64,000 bases of DNA from Minisyncoccota bacterium (GTDB taxonomy: Bacteria; Patescibacteriota; Minisyncoccia; Phycocordibacterales; UBA2100). Below are positions 23,501 through 30,366 of this stretch, piece by piece. The notes below the pieces were generated by a model. It ran no database searches. It was not told the DNA's origin and worked only from the letters and a program-made list of their open reading frames with translations. The position numbers and the translations under genes are program-made. Positions within the stretch are counted from its first letter, which is position 1, and the number at the start of each line of letters is the position of its first letter. The DNA is taken from contig JAYWCB010000011.1 in assembly GCA_043780835.1 (NCBI GenBank), forward strand, positions 26,767 through 90,766, written 5' to 3'.

Positions 23501-26500
23501 AGCACCTTTAAAGCATCAAACACAGGCGCGTTTGATGTGGGAGGAAGTTGGCAAAACAATGGATCATTCCTGCATCAGAACGGTTCACTTAATTTCAATT
23601 CTTCTGCGACTGGAAACACAGTGAACCCGGGATCGAGTTCCTTCTACGATCTTTCATTCAATAATGTAGCTGGTGGATGGACTATCGCACAGAACGCAAC
23701 GACGTCTCGACATTTTACTCTCACCCGTGCGACGAATTTCACTCTCGCGAGCGGCAAGTCGCTCTCAGTCGGCGGCACGTTTACCAACGGTGTCGGCGGT
23801 GCTGCTACTACGTGGGCAACAACCACTCTTTCTCTCACATCGGGTACCGCGTACGCGATGAATACAAAATCTGTTTCAGGAGATGTATACGGCACGCTCT
23901 CGGTAAGCTCCAACACCAATGTGAATATGTGGAATTCGAGCGCGGCAACAACGACTGTCGCATCCGGCAGTTCACTGTATTCGCAAAACAATGCAAGCGT
24001 GTCCGGTGATCTCTACATATGGGGCGATTACTCGCGCTCGTCGGGCACTGAGTATTGGGATTACGCCACCGACTTCGACGGCACGTCGCTTGCAACGTCT
24101 ACGCCTCGGGCGGTCACCGTGCGCATCGCAACCTCCTCAACACTCACGTTCACAGGGGGAACGCTCGAAATACTCGGAACCACAACTGCGACCACGTCGA
24201 TTGCAGTACAAGGAAGCGGGCGCTACGCGTTCTCAGTTTCCGGCGGCACGTTGAATGCGCAGTATTACAAAATCCGCGACACCGATATAAACGGACTCAA
24301 TATTACCGGCACGACGGTAGTTACTTCGCTCTCCGACGGTGATTTCCTCCTTGCATCCAACGGAGGTACCACCATGACCGTTGCCGCATCGGTCATCGAT
24401 GCGAATCCGCTCAAGATTATTATGAGAAACAATTTCGCAACGACGTCTGTCATTACCGGCGGATCAAACGTAAAAGAATCGGGCGCTCCTGCAAGTTCGT
24501 GGAAGTTCAATCTTCATTACGGAAATTTCGCGGGCGAGGCATACGATAATGATCCCGCCGGCGATCCGGGATATCTGCGATGGGACGATAGTTCGTCGCA
24601 AATCACCATATCCGGAAAGGTGTATTCCGACGAAGGCACAACCACGAGCGCGGTGTGTAACGGCGTCACGCAAGTCGTTCGTTTGAAAATTCAGGGTGCA
24701 GGAATACTCACCTCATCGTGCAGTGGCACGGGTCTCTATTCGATTCCGGGAGTGGCGTATAATCCCGGCGACGTTATTACGGTGTATCTCGACACCAACG
24801 GCGGCGTACGTGCCGCTACCGTATCACTTGATCCGATCAGTAGTATCGCGAATTTTGATCTCTACGAAAACCGCGTCATTGTTCGGCACGAAGACGTCAA
24901 TCCGATCACGATTGCAAAACTGGCGACCTACGATTCCGACAACGATACCGACATTCCATACAATGCGACTGTGGGGGCACCAAATACGCTCGTGCTTTTG
25001 CCCAATACGAAGCTCATTGTGTGGGACGGCAAAATATTTACACCCGGCGGCAATGTGACGCTGCAAAGCGGCGGATCCGGGAGCGCCTGGGACGGCACGC
25101 TCGAGCTGCGCACCAATGCAACGTGGATCGGTGCGAATAATCAATCGCATTCTATCGGCGGCAGCCTCAGCGTGGATAACGGAGCGTTGCTCACGAGTGC
25201 ATCCTCCACGTTTACCTTTACCGCCACAACATCCGGTAAAACGATTGCGCTGCAGAATTCATCGCTCTTCACTGCTGTCTTCAACGGCGGCGGGGGCAAC
25301 TGGTCGTTCCCGAGCGGTTCTGCGATTGTGCAAAATGATTTCTCGATTGCAACGGGGACTGTTACATTCGGCGTCGGCACCACCACCATCGGCGGATCGT
25401 TGTTCAATAGCGGCGGTATATTCCAGCACAATAACGGTACGATCGTGTTGAACGCGTCCTCAACCGGAAAATCGATAAAGGCAAACGGCAATTCGTTCTA
25501 TAATCTCACGCTCAATGGCAGCGGCGGCGCGTGGACCTTTAGCGATACAAATGCCACCTCGTCGAACAACTTTATTGTTACCAACGGTTCCACCACGCTT
25601 CCGGTGGGTATCTTTGCGGTCGGAGCAGTATTCGACAATTCAGGAACGTTCACTGCCGGCGTCGGTACCGTGAAGCTCATTGCAACCGCGAGTGGAAAAA
25701 ATCTGAAAGCCGGAGGTTCATCGTTCTACAACCTTACACTCGACGGCATTGGTGGTGTCTGGAGCTTCCTTGATGCGAACGCCACGACCACCCGCGACTT
25801 CACAATTACCAACGGATCAACGACGCTTCCGAGTAGCACGTTCAACGTCGGGGGCTCATTTGTGAATGCGGGTGCATTCAGTGCAGGCACCGGTCTCGTT
25901 ACGTTGAGCGCAACGACGACGGGTAAATTAATAACCGCAAGCTCATCCACGTTCTACGATCTCACACTCAATAGCGCAGCCGGCGGTTGGACGATAACGG
26001 GCAACGCCACATCCTCAAATAATTTCTCATTGACGAATGCCGCAAGCTTTACGCTCACCAGCGGTAAAACCCTCGCAGTCGGCGGCGCCTTTACCAACGG
26101 TGTCGGAGGTGCGCCAACAACATGGGCAACCACCACGCTCTCTTTGTATTCGGGTACCGGATATAGCATGAACACAAAAACGACCGGCGGTGATACATAT
26201 GGCACACTGCTCGTCGCATCGAGCACAAACATTCGATTGTGGAATTCCAGTGCAGCAACCACAACCGTTCTTGGCTCCGGCTCCGTATATTCGCAAAACA
26301 ACGCCAATGTTCCCGGCGATCTCTATATATGGGGCACCTATGCGCATTCCTCCGGTACAGAGTATTGGGATTACGCGACCGACTTCGACGGCACCGCACT
26401 CGGCGGATCGTCACGCGCGGTCAATGTGCGTATTGCCACGTCATCCTCGCTCAGCTTTAGCGGCGGAACACTCGAGGTGTTGGGTACCGCGTCGGCTACG

Positions 26501-29212
26501 ACGACCATACAAAATCAAGGCCTCGGCCGTTACGCGTTTGCGATTTCCGGCGGCACCGTAAATGCGCAGTACTATCAAGTACGTAACACCGATCCGAGCG
26601 GTATTAATTTCACAGGATCACCGACGCTCACGTCGCTCGATGCGGGAGATCTCGAGCTCGGTGTTTCCGGCGGCGCTCTCATAACAGTCGCCGGCTCAGT
26701 GATCGATGCCAACGCGAGCAAAGTGATTACCAATGTACGCTTTGCGACGTCGACGGGCATACTTGCCGGAAACAACATCGTGCGAACCGGATCTCCGATC
26801 TCGGCGTGGACCTTTACGAGTCACTACGGAAACATTGCCGGCGAAGCCTACGACACTGACGGTGTTGACGCCTGCGGCGCATTACGATGGAGCGATTCCG
26901 TCTGTCTGTTTGTAAGTCAGGAACATTACCGATGGCGCAATGACGACGGCGGCGACGGTGCACCGAACACGGAATGGTACAGCCTCTCATGGGCAAAGCG
27001 CGAAAAAATCGCAATCTCGAATCCGAATGGTTCCGTACTCACCAGTCAGCCGGTTAAGATAATCATTCCGTACACGTCGTCGATGCAGAGTAACTTCAGT
27101 GATCTGCGTTTCACCGATTCATCCGGTACGACAACCATCCCGTATTGGATAGAAAAATACACCGCATCTGCCTCATCAACAGTGTGGGTAAAAGTACCGT
27201 CGCTGCCTGCATCGGGTTCGGCAAATGTGTATATGTATTATGGCAACAATGCCGTTACCGACGGATCAAGCGGCACGACGACGTTTAAGACCTTCGAAGA
27301 TTTTGAATCAAACAGCATCTCGGGATACTCAGGAAATACAACAATGTTCCAGACCGCGGTTACGTTCAATCACAACCACTCCTACGGGCTCGATGCCGGC
27401 TCAAGTGCTGCGCTGAAAACTACGACGGGACTCTATAAAACAGGTTCACTGATTGCGCAGGGCGACACCCTTCGCTTCTATCAGTATGTCGATTCCACAC
27501 AAACGGATGAACCGTGTACGCTCTTTGCGGTGGGAGGATCCGGATCGAACTACGCGGTGTGTCTCGATCAGTACCCGACAGCAAAAGTCGTAATCTCAAA
27601 GGATGTGACGGCCAACGATCAAAGTGGAACCGTACTCGCGTCTACCACCGTTACGTATACGACCGGGTGGTACGAGGTGGTCGTTGATTGGTTGGCGACA
27701 AATGTAATTAACGTAAACGTGTATACAGACACCGGCACACTCTTCGCCACGACAAGCGTTACCGATTCTTCCCATACTGCCGCGGGAGGCTACGGATTTT
27801 CATACTGGTTCATGCATGGCGGATGGGATTTCCTGAGCGTGCGTCCGTACATTGCGAGTCAGCCCACGTATGTGATCGGCACCGAGCAGGTGAGTGGCGG
27901 TGCTTCGTGGAAGGTTGCCGAAGACACACTCGTGCCGAATCTTTCTGCCGGGCAAAACGTGCGCTTACGTTTCTCGATTCAAGACTCGGGTGCATCGGTC
28001 TTTGGTCAACTGTACCGATTGCAGTACGCACCGAAGGGCGTCTCTTTGAATTGTGAATCAGTCGCGCACAGTAATTACAGCGACGTTCCCACAACCTCAG
28101 GCGCCGGTTGTGGTTCCGCTGCCGCGTGTATGACAACCACGGCCCAATACTCCGACGGTGCGAGCACCGCCGGATTGCTTTCGTATCCTGCGGCGATGAG
28201 TTTTATAAATGGTCACGTGGTATCAGATCCATCGCAACAAACGGCGAGCTCAACAATTGCCGCATCGGCAGCTAGCGAAGTCGAATATAATCTCCAGATA
28301 AAAGCGGCGGCAACGGCAAATGCGTACTGCTTCCGCGTTGCAAACGATGGTCCCAATAGCAATTCGAATTTCGATCTCGACAACTACGCGCACGTGGCCG
28401 AAGCAACGATGGCGTACGCGCCGACAATCTCAAATTTTAACTGGCCGCTCAGCTACATTCTCTCGGGCATCGCGCTCACCGAAGGCACGACGACCACTGT
28501 CTCTGCGACGGGTACCGTCACGGACTATAACGGCTACGCTGATATCGTGAGTGCGACATCATCTATCTATCGCTCGGGCGTCGGTTCGTCGTGCACATCG
28601 AATAGCAACAACTGCTATCCGATTCCTGCGTGCACGCTCTCGAATTGCGCGGGTACTTCGTGCACGATTACATGCTCGGCGAATGTACAGTATCTTGCGG
28701 ATCCGACGGACGTGGGCAGTGCAAATAGTGCAGAAAATTGGCTCGCATCGTTGCGCATCCAGGATTCAATCGGATTATCTGCCACAAGCAGTACCTCGGG
28801 TGCAGAAATAAATACACTCTTCGGACTCACCGTGAATACCGGCGCGATCGACTTCGGAGCGCTCTCCGTCGGTACCGATACCGGCACATTCAATGCAACG
28901 TCCACGGTCGTGAATACCGGCAATGCAATCATCGATATTCAACTTTCAGGCACCGATCTTGCGGGATCAAATGGTTCTCTTGCAGTCGGACAGCAGCGGT
29001 ATGCGACGAGCACATTTACCTATGGGTCGTGCTCCGTGTGTCAGTTCTTGACCGGTAGTTCGACTCCGGTCGATGTGAATATTCCCAAAGCAACCACAAC
29101 GGCTACGTCCACTCAAACCCAGACGAGCCTCTTCTGGGGCATCAACGTGCCCATTGGAACGACTGCTGAATTGCACCAGGGAACCAATACCTTCATCGCG
29201 GTACACAATTAA
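11588..29212 (+). CDS. Giant cell-surface protein (5,874 aa from ATG 11588): signal anchor, FN3-like and beta-helix-like repeats, 2.4-kb tandem repeats, C-terminal DUF2341/LamG-like region
   Basis: A single uninterrupted 17.6-kb ORF, trimmed to MFPSGILKKRRAQRVLAALLVLGILAYLAY (TM anchor), with a Pro/Thr-rich linker. Two FN3-like modules end in TYWWRVRAxDPTG. Dozens of roughly 100-aa Gly/Thr/Asn-rich modules (..NNGT..L.A.S.GKTI....S.FYNLT.NGSGG.W.F..) suggest a parallel beta-helix. The C-terminal HYRWRNDDGGDG...SDLRFTDSSGTTTIPYWIEKY...VWVKVPSLPASGSANVYMYYGN matches the DUF2341 pattern, followed by a concanavalin/LamG-like region. Confidence 0.85.
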   Translation: MFPSGILKKRRAQRVLAALLVLGILAYLAYSSSDLVGAFGGTREAHIFSTSVSAQGWDHSERAISQDLPANAPLESFNDTNSAVAVMVAVPNANSGGSGNDTGTTTPQEIHSDASSTPTIATSSPSETTAPQQSAPNPAQPAQIVAPATPPVVTPPTDTPAIHESIPSQTPPATDPGPTSLIRQFIHTTEEIVFAPFVPTVFATTSDASSSPDAPSLPQDSTSKDEYVASCFLQQTECHTLAFSGFGVTGDITKKHFKHALVNFSFADSAGRENGTLDDKLEVRYYHAGKWKQAGEMYLNKDLSNESNGGYFSAPLDDITDWQSLDDLKVVIEYVRADTGKSTRLYLDSLWINAQYTDTVLNILNGSADQATDSSDNVSLSLRGQDDAHRTLVLPDGNNISFNFTDDLDDGLPMRSDRKVYTSDASSSDGLFRSTVYVSVSNPGDSPDSFTWSGAFFEGKGSVTGISQFLRNVASSTEASVQNDVTYLCDSQWQSATTTGSYSCSATGEVHQCSWLNATKQNCLESDVTVATSSSVAYLNDWVPQDIEVVQSADDTKLPNGYKTKNRTRKSFDILPGQTLYFRVQLETTQPDPQKFYLYVNGGTKSGDLESARLKKESDLVAQKNRKGTVHKGVPHVKRAQLNDQLSEKTEFNADDRPSFEFKFKTQRGLFTRIKDRLLGTKVAFEIKDTKIEDANGDETRLPVDINYGSDETWNLTLGSPTREIKPGKYTIDMTIIEAGHTYTDTVDFFWGVLAENTDKATYEPGENAHFEMAALTDSGNTMCDASLVLSITAPSGEITDVPVQNGLGCGMNNVTDQPDYFADYTVDEIGTSTVTLSRLDQNGSVINSVTDVFYVEVAPALSVSRTGPTRIYPIATYPMSIEVTANEAFTGTVTESLPEGFTVPDAGGATLTRDKGVVYLTWNVSLAVGETADFSYVFDAPDASPYLYLLGPLKFTRSDGSGFEEGRTWKVASDAVPVATGVAWLTGTSTTNGNDLNNNTPFALQFDKSEDYDDAYYSHSTSTSPSRLTVNIAGDYLVAVNVPWERADTSRNPTTLEVDIRVNGAKQTVGVGRSYTLTRSGVGESSSHVYALVRNLSVGDYIEAYSHTITTVTAGDVMLVGTRASMYVEYIPSTETVYTATATTTVADTNLNTTGATKVVWYDGRKDTGYTHANATTSSPENVTIAATGDYMTFINIPLNGAVAGENVRARVVLNGVVVTGGNFKQGYISNSAGATQSSLQWSGVVHATSSNSVFTVDVQQEGAAGTMTVGSDVGSLFMQKLPSTDVYFGSGQTLSGGGTNFNITPAQSIRYATDTVADLNAYTHSTTTNSHQVTVKKAGDYLLAINDSLSGAVTRGNIIIQVQKNGVDVSGAATKNHYMSGVSTHSEYSGSLVFMLRDLAVNDVISVTTVLTGTAGTVTADEGASIMLWRKNPQSLYQQNTYRWYANVNGEPPTDPWPSGAVDVLQGDPITNGIPIKSSDVVRLRMNLLAVSTTTAFADSFKLQYAAGSTCSAALSWTDVGAIGSGAIWRGYDNAGVTNNTTLSSTTLTNSNVKESYVEQNPSTTTPNGVGTGQNAEYDWTLQDNGATVGGDYCFRMVDATTGQGLKSYLDYPALTTNSTPDIPVLAAPFDNEKSTSTTPWFDFAAAEINGENVHYEVQVSTDPNFGTTLLDRDSFTNYVEFQNTTSPANKSPFNQSDKIRFIPTTALSNGTTYWWRVRAKDPTGTNTYGSWSISRSVTVDTSVTVSTWHQTTQAQFLEDQLLSATTTIANDVQISGVLATSTVISPQINFSGMTYGNTWGSLTWNDAHVLGTIMYQVQYFTSTSSWALIPDTDLPGNSLGTSTQPISLANLDVTTYGALRVVANMTRTTGTPTLFDWTVNTALSVTKPVLSKPFDNEKTATTTPTFQFISTDPQSDRLRYQVEWSTDSAFGTGTFRISGTNAGFSNTASSTDTDPFTQNNTIQFQLQSADVLTNGTTYWWRVRAIDPTGGNAFSQWSAGNSFTVDTSLAVSTWFQTTQAQFAKDTFIRTIASTSNSVISSVDTGKIAIFRTATAGEALTTSVFTHGFDTTVRRDDVYALSGTTTVGLKKGHYAVLYSTRFDSTGGTNRTDAQTNLNIAGVNSPIGWSSSYLRRLNGAQEGFNAGGGIIYAPADSTQVLLQSFRTDANVAATETRVASTTLQFVKLDDAWDYVRLGKKVKQTGPTSASWLTISYDRQDELDTGSFDHTVGSGNITLKSVGHYLIFANTYGSLATGSTIPSQVKQKIILNGADVEGSFTTVYMNGNANGNAVYQGAAAIGMIIESTTTNTVLNVQLARSIGTSAWSIDADNTGAYVDRTGVTIVKIPDGSFVRLQNSSAININTATTSAYVWDTENEKDASFTHSNSTNNSRITATVAGDYLLFGNLFAQGANLTDGEPGFSWAKNAALIPYGVSGTYSANITTSDAGNWSGMIMPSVVNGDFFEFMSEAYGLAGSMPGDRKALEGMRIASLTEADTNPVTVESQSINFSDGTGPKWATFSWSATQPASTSLKMQLEYLNASGTYALVPDNAGFIAGYLNSVGTTSTSTINISGLSRITYATIRGLATFTCGNNNCPTLDDWTASWAQGIQISGTAKKFDETTNVTSGTVAVAVNGVLQAGKTGTISAGVWTIANVTAFTGDVITVYISGAADPNEAVAVSKYLTTGDVTGMELYEDHLSLGSNDNPTLTNADIDLYDNSTSGNEDIFDNVTAGPDLLVCAITGCSGNKLYIRVGTTFEPNVSLSRSVTTKDISIKGILIADGNSINVSGSWADSGQFAKGNSTVNFTATSTTESVDFTGATSTSFNNATFGSSGTATWNLLSALDVTGTLTINNGTLSQNGNHLITLSGDLTIGSSGAFTKGTASTTFNGTTSKIWTDSSASKQDLGDVFIDGAAKTVTLGSSVKATNITIGADDTFNLGGANTVTVNGNWTNNNAFVPQTGTVLFAAMTTGNTITPGTSGFYNLTFNGSGGNWAFSGATASITNDFTVTNGTITLPTGTTTIAGNFSNSATFQHNNGTVLLTAASAKTITTGASTFYDLTFNGSGSWSFTAANATSSRNVTITTGTVTMPSGTFAIGGFFAKNGGSFTHNSGTLKFTATTAQTLKLGGSDANNLTFSGVGGSWSFADTNATSTGTFRIENGTTTLPSGLFTVAGSWTIAGGAFVHNSGTVKFNAGSSGQTIQPNGSNFFNIDFNGASGGWTIAQSATSTNNFTLTNAATFTLGSGFSLGVGGTFTNAVAPATTTWSGSTLTLYSGGTYSINTKSNAGDTYATLVISSTTKISMWNSSASTSTVSSGSYLYSQNNAAVSGDLYIAGVYTRSSGTEYWSYATDFDGTALGGSSRRVNVRVATSSTLTFSGGTLQILGSASASTTIDNQGSGAYAFAVSGGTLNAQYYQVRNTDLNGLNISGATSISSLSDGDFQLGVNGGTMIKVASTVIDANVAFQILRNRFATSSGVSVGSNVTETGVPGSYWWFRSHYGNYAGESFDNDPKVSDGGNPGYIRWDDSNLSINISGRVYSDHGSTVIGNPPCDGVTPVVKLVVNSGTSYTAACNAGTGLYTISGVTVVGDVVLTAFLDTNGGTRAVTISRTPSADIANFDLYQDVVIVRHEDVTPITIAQLAFYDSTKDTDIPFTASTSTPPSTLAVKPGTELYVWAGKTFTPGGNVTLQSGGNGNIRDGRLMLATSSAYLATGSETHAIGGGLSLASGDTFGTASSTFTFTATTTNKSFNSSIALSFYNLVFNGTGGGWSLDSAATTSVTNSFAMTAGTLSGTGDMNITSGSATGGGTIAMTGGTLQLTGSGSIGSASSWTFNNLILGSGAVDSTSKTGVGTTTVSGMLRITSGQTLNASSTNWVFTGGGSPFVVNGTFNVQSAPFFFTSNASTTIADVTYAMLTLAPASAGTPVYTLKGGALSASVLTLGGVNPVLVDADFNDPSIGITGTVTIGAGSTFKASNTGAFDVGGSWQNNGSFLHQNGSLNFNSSATGNTVNPGSSSFYDLSFNNVAGGWTIAQNATTSRHFTLTRATNFTLASGKSLSVGGTFTNGVGGAATTWATTTLSLTSGTAYAMNTKSVSGDVYGTLSVSSNTNVNMWNSSAATTTVASGSSLYSQNNASVSGDLYIWGDYSRSSGTEYWDYATDFDGTSLATSTPRAVTVRIATSSTLTFTGGTLEILGTTTATTSIAVQGSGRYAFSVSGGTLNAQYYKIRDTDINGLNITGTTVVTSLSDGDFLLASNGGTTMTVAASVIDANPLKIIMRNNFATTSVITGGSNVKESGAPASSWKFNLHYGNFAGEAYDNDPAGDPGYLRWDDSSSQITISGKVYSDEGTTTSAVCNGVTQVVRLKIQGAGILTSSCSGTGLYSIPGVAYNPGDVITVYLDTNGGVRAATVSLDPISSIANFDLYENRVIVRHEDVNPITIAKLATYDSDNDTDIPYNATVGAPNTLVLLPNTKLIVWDGKIFTPGGNVTLQSGGSGSAWDGTLELRTNATWIGANNQSHSIGGSLSVDNGALLTSASSTFTFTATTSGKTIALQNSSLFTAVFNGGGGNWSFPSGSAIVQNDFSIATGTVTFGVGTTTIGGSLFNSGGIFQHNNGTIVLNASSTGKSIKANGNSFYNLTLNGSGGAWTFSDTNATSSNNFIVTNGSTTLPVGIFAVGAVFDNSGTFTAGVGTVKLIATASGKNLKAGGSSFYNLTLDGIGGVWSFLDANATTTRDFTITNGSTTLPSSTFNVGGSFVNAGAFSAGTGLVTLSATTTGKLITASSSTFYDLTLNSAAGGWTITGNATSSNNFSLTNAASFTLTSGKTLAVGGAFTNGVGGAPTTWATTTLSLYSGTGYSMNTKTTGGDTYGTLLVASSTNIRLWNSSAATTTVLGSGSVYSQNNANVPGDLYIWGTYAHSSGTEYWDYATDFDGTALGGSSRAVNVRIATSSSLSFSGGTLEVLGTASATTTIQNQGLGRYAFAISGGTVNAQYYQVRNTDPSGINFTGSPTLTSLDAGDLELGVSGGALITVAGSVIDANASKVITNVRFATSTGILAGNNIVRTGSPISAWTFTSHYGNIAGEAYDTDGVDACGALRWSDSVCLFVSQEHYRWRNDDGGDGAPNTEWYSLSWAKREKIAISNPNGSVLTSQPVKIIIPYTSSMQSNFSDLRFTDSSGTTTIPYWIEKYTASASSTVWVKVPSLPASGSANVYMYYGNNAVTDGSSGTTTFKTFEDFESNSISGYSGNTTMFQTAVTFNHNHSYGLDAGSSAALKTTTGLYKTGSLIAQGDTLRFYQYVDSTQTDEPCTLFAVGGSGSNYAVCLDQYPTAKVVISKDVTANDQSGTVLASTTVTYTTGWYEVVVDWLATNVINVNVYTDTGTLFATTSVTDSSHTAAGGYGFSYWFMHGGWDFLSVRPYIASQPTYVIGTEQVSGGASWKVAEDTLVPNLSAGQNVRLRFSIQDSGASVFGQLYRLQYAPKGVSLNCESVAHSNYSDVPTTSGAGCGSAAACMTTTAQYSDGASTAGLLSYPAAMSFINGHVVSDPSQQTASSTIAASAASEVEYNLQIKAAATANAYCFRVANDGPNSNSNFDLDNYAHVAEATMAYAPTISNFNWPLSYILSGIALTEGTTTTVSATGTVTDYNGYADIVSATSSIYRSGVGSSCTSNSNNCYPIPACTLSNCAGTSCTITCSANVQYLADPTDVGSANSAENWLASLRIQDSIGLSATSSTSGAEINTLFGLTVNTGAIDFGALSVGTDTGTFNATSTVVNTGNAIIDIQLSGTDLAGSNGSLAVGQQRYATSTFTYGSCSVCQFLTGSSTPVDVNIPKATTTATSTQTQTSLFWGINVPIGTTAELHQGTNTFIAVHN
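21160..26900 (+). repeat. Intragenic tandem repeat of about 2.3-2.4 kb, ~2.4 copies, inside the giant gene
   Basis: Three collinear blocks begin near 21160, 23580 and 25890. Each encodes ...WTIAQ/TGNAT.S..F.LT.A..FTL.SG..L.VGG.FTNGVGGA.TTW...TL.L.SG..Y.MNTK...GD.YGTL.V.S.T......WNSSA.T.TV... ...YWDYATDFDGT.L...........GGTLE.LG.......GSG.YAF..SGGT.NAQYY..R.TD..G.N..G. The third copy is truncated where the DUF2341 region begins. Confidence 0.7.
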
Positions 29213-29215
29213 TAT

Positions 29216-29908
29216 ATGCACAAGGCTCCAACTCATTCGATAGGCAGACGGCGGCGAGTGACTGCGCTTGTCATCATTATTCTTTTGGTGGTTATTGCGT
29301 TTGCGCTCACCGTATATATCACCGGACATCGATTAAAATCAGAGTACGATACATTCATCGCAGCGGAAGCAGATTTTGAGACTGCCGCAAACAAACCGGC
29401 TTCCGGATCGAATCCGGTCCGCCAACAAGTCGGATACCTGCTTTCGCAAGTGGTGCAAGTAACCATGTCACCTGAAGAGCGACTCAAACTGTCTCGCGAA
29501 GGCATTGCTCATTTAAACGATCTTGAGGGACAGATTGATGCAATTCAAACAGCGGGTGAGCGGGTTTCTCCGCTGTTGGATACGTTGGCAAAAACCGCAT
29601 CATCACCCGTTCATATCCAAAAACGCGCAGGTTTGAATGAGATTATTGCGCTCAGTCGTAAAAACGCACTCATCATTGCCGATATTCGTGGCTTGTCGTA
29701 TCGCGCCGATTACTACACCGACGAAGTATTTGAGCGCATTATTGATGATCAGGGGAACATGACTGACGAGCACAAGACCCACCTCAACGACCTCATCCCG
29801 GATCTCGAAACGCAATTTAATCGCCGGACCAATCTCTATACCGACCTCAAGAAAAACAGTGATCGAATACATGCGATTGCAAAAGATCTCGGCTATGCAG
29901 TTCAGTAA
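29216..29908 (+). CDS. Hypothetical membrane-anchored helical protein
   Basis: The start is 4 nt after the giant gene stop, suggesting co-transcription. N-terminal TM (VTALVIIILLVVIAFALTVYI) followed by a roughly 190-aa alpha-helical domain. No recognisable family. Confidence 0.5.
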   Translation: MHKAPTHSIGRRRRVTALVIIILLVVIAFALTVYITGHRLKSEYDTFIAAEADFETAANKPASGSNPVRQQVGYLLSQVVQVTMSPEERLKLSREGIAHLNDLEGQIDAIQTAGERVSPLLDTLAKTASSPVHIQKRAGLNEIIALSRKNALIIADIRGLSYRADYYTDEVFERIIDDQGNMTDEHKTHLNDLIPDLETQFNRRTNLYTDLKKNSDRIHAIAKDLGYAVQ

Positions 29909-29944
29909 TACGTGGGGATGGCAGGAGCGCGGGCATAGAGTACA

Positions 29945-30289
29945 ATGGTTTCGACTATGGAGGATACATATATAGAACATTCACACGAGAATTCGCGACG
30001 TCGTTCGGGAGCCGTGATGAGAAGCATCGAGTCGTTGTTTGAATTTGTAACAAGCAGTCTCAGGATCATTGCGCACGAAAAAGCATTGTTTATGGGTGTT
30101 GCACTCACTCTGGTAGGACTCTTAAGCTTTGAAAGCGGAAAGTTCTGCGACGGAAATACCGCTGATTATCTTTCGTGCACACGACCGTCAACGTATTACT
30201 TTTTTAGCCCGCTCGAGATTACGATTATCGTCATCGGGGTATTTTTCATTTTGATCTGGTTGCTCGGACGACCAAAGCATCGTTCCTGA
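29945..30289 (+). CDS. Hypothetical small membrane protein (2 TM)
   Basis: A 114-aa ORF with two hydrophobic segments (LFMGVALTLVGLLSF and ITIIVIGVFFILIWLL). Weak call. Confidence 0.3.
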   Translation: MVSTMEDTYIEHSHENSRRRSGAVMRSIESLFEFVTSSLRIIAHEKALFMGVALTLVGLLSFESGKFCDGNTADYLSCTRPSTYYFFSPLEITIIVIGVFFILIWLLGRPKHRS

Positions 30290-30292
30290 TTT

Positions 30293-30336
30293 TTTTCCAC
30301 GCGATAAAAATAGTGTGCGTACTCGGGTGATACAAT
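30293..30336 (+). promoter_or_regulatory. Candidate promoter for the FN3-repeat gene: DnaA-box-like TTTTCCACG plus extended -10 TGaTACAAT
   Basis: TTTTCCACG (30293..30301) lies 29 nt upstream of TACAAT (30331..30336), which is preceded by TG. The ATG at 30367 follows. Confidence 0.3.
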
Positions 30337-30366
30337 TTAACGGTGCGGAGTGCACTGTTTTTCGAT

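Noticed and set aside
21160-26900. Possible CRISPR array or IS-element repeats, suggested by the strong periodicity
   Set aside because: The repeats are 2.3-2.4 kb, in frame and protein-coding (collinear amino-acid modules). There are no short direct repeats with unique spacers. No cas, transposase or integrase ORFs occur anywhere in the window.
11498-29329. Dozens of 60-230-aa ORFs on both strands inside the giant gene (e.g. 11498..12148 -, 19738..20154 -, 22867..23559 -, 25141..25491 -)
   Set aside because: Shadow ORFs typical of a long, repeat-rich, moderately GC-rich coding region. They are Arg/Cys/Pro-rich or low-complexity, lack starts with an SD, and are entirely nested in a strongly supported 17.6-kb ORF.
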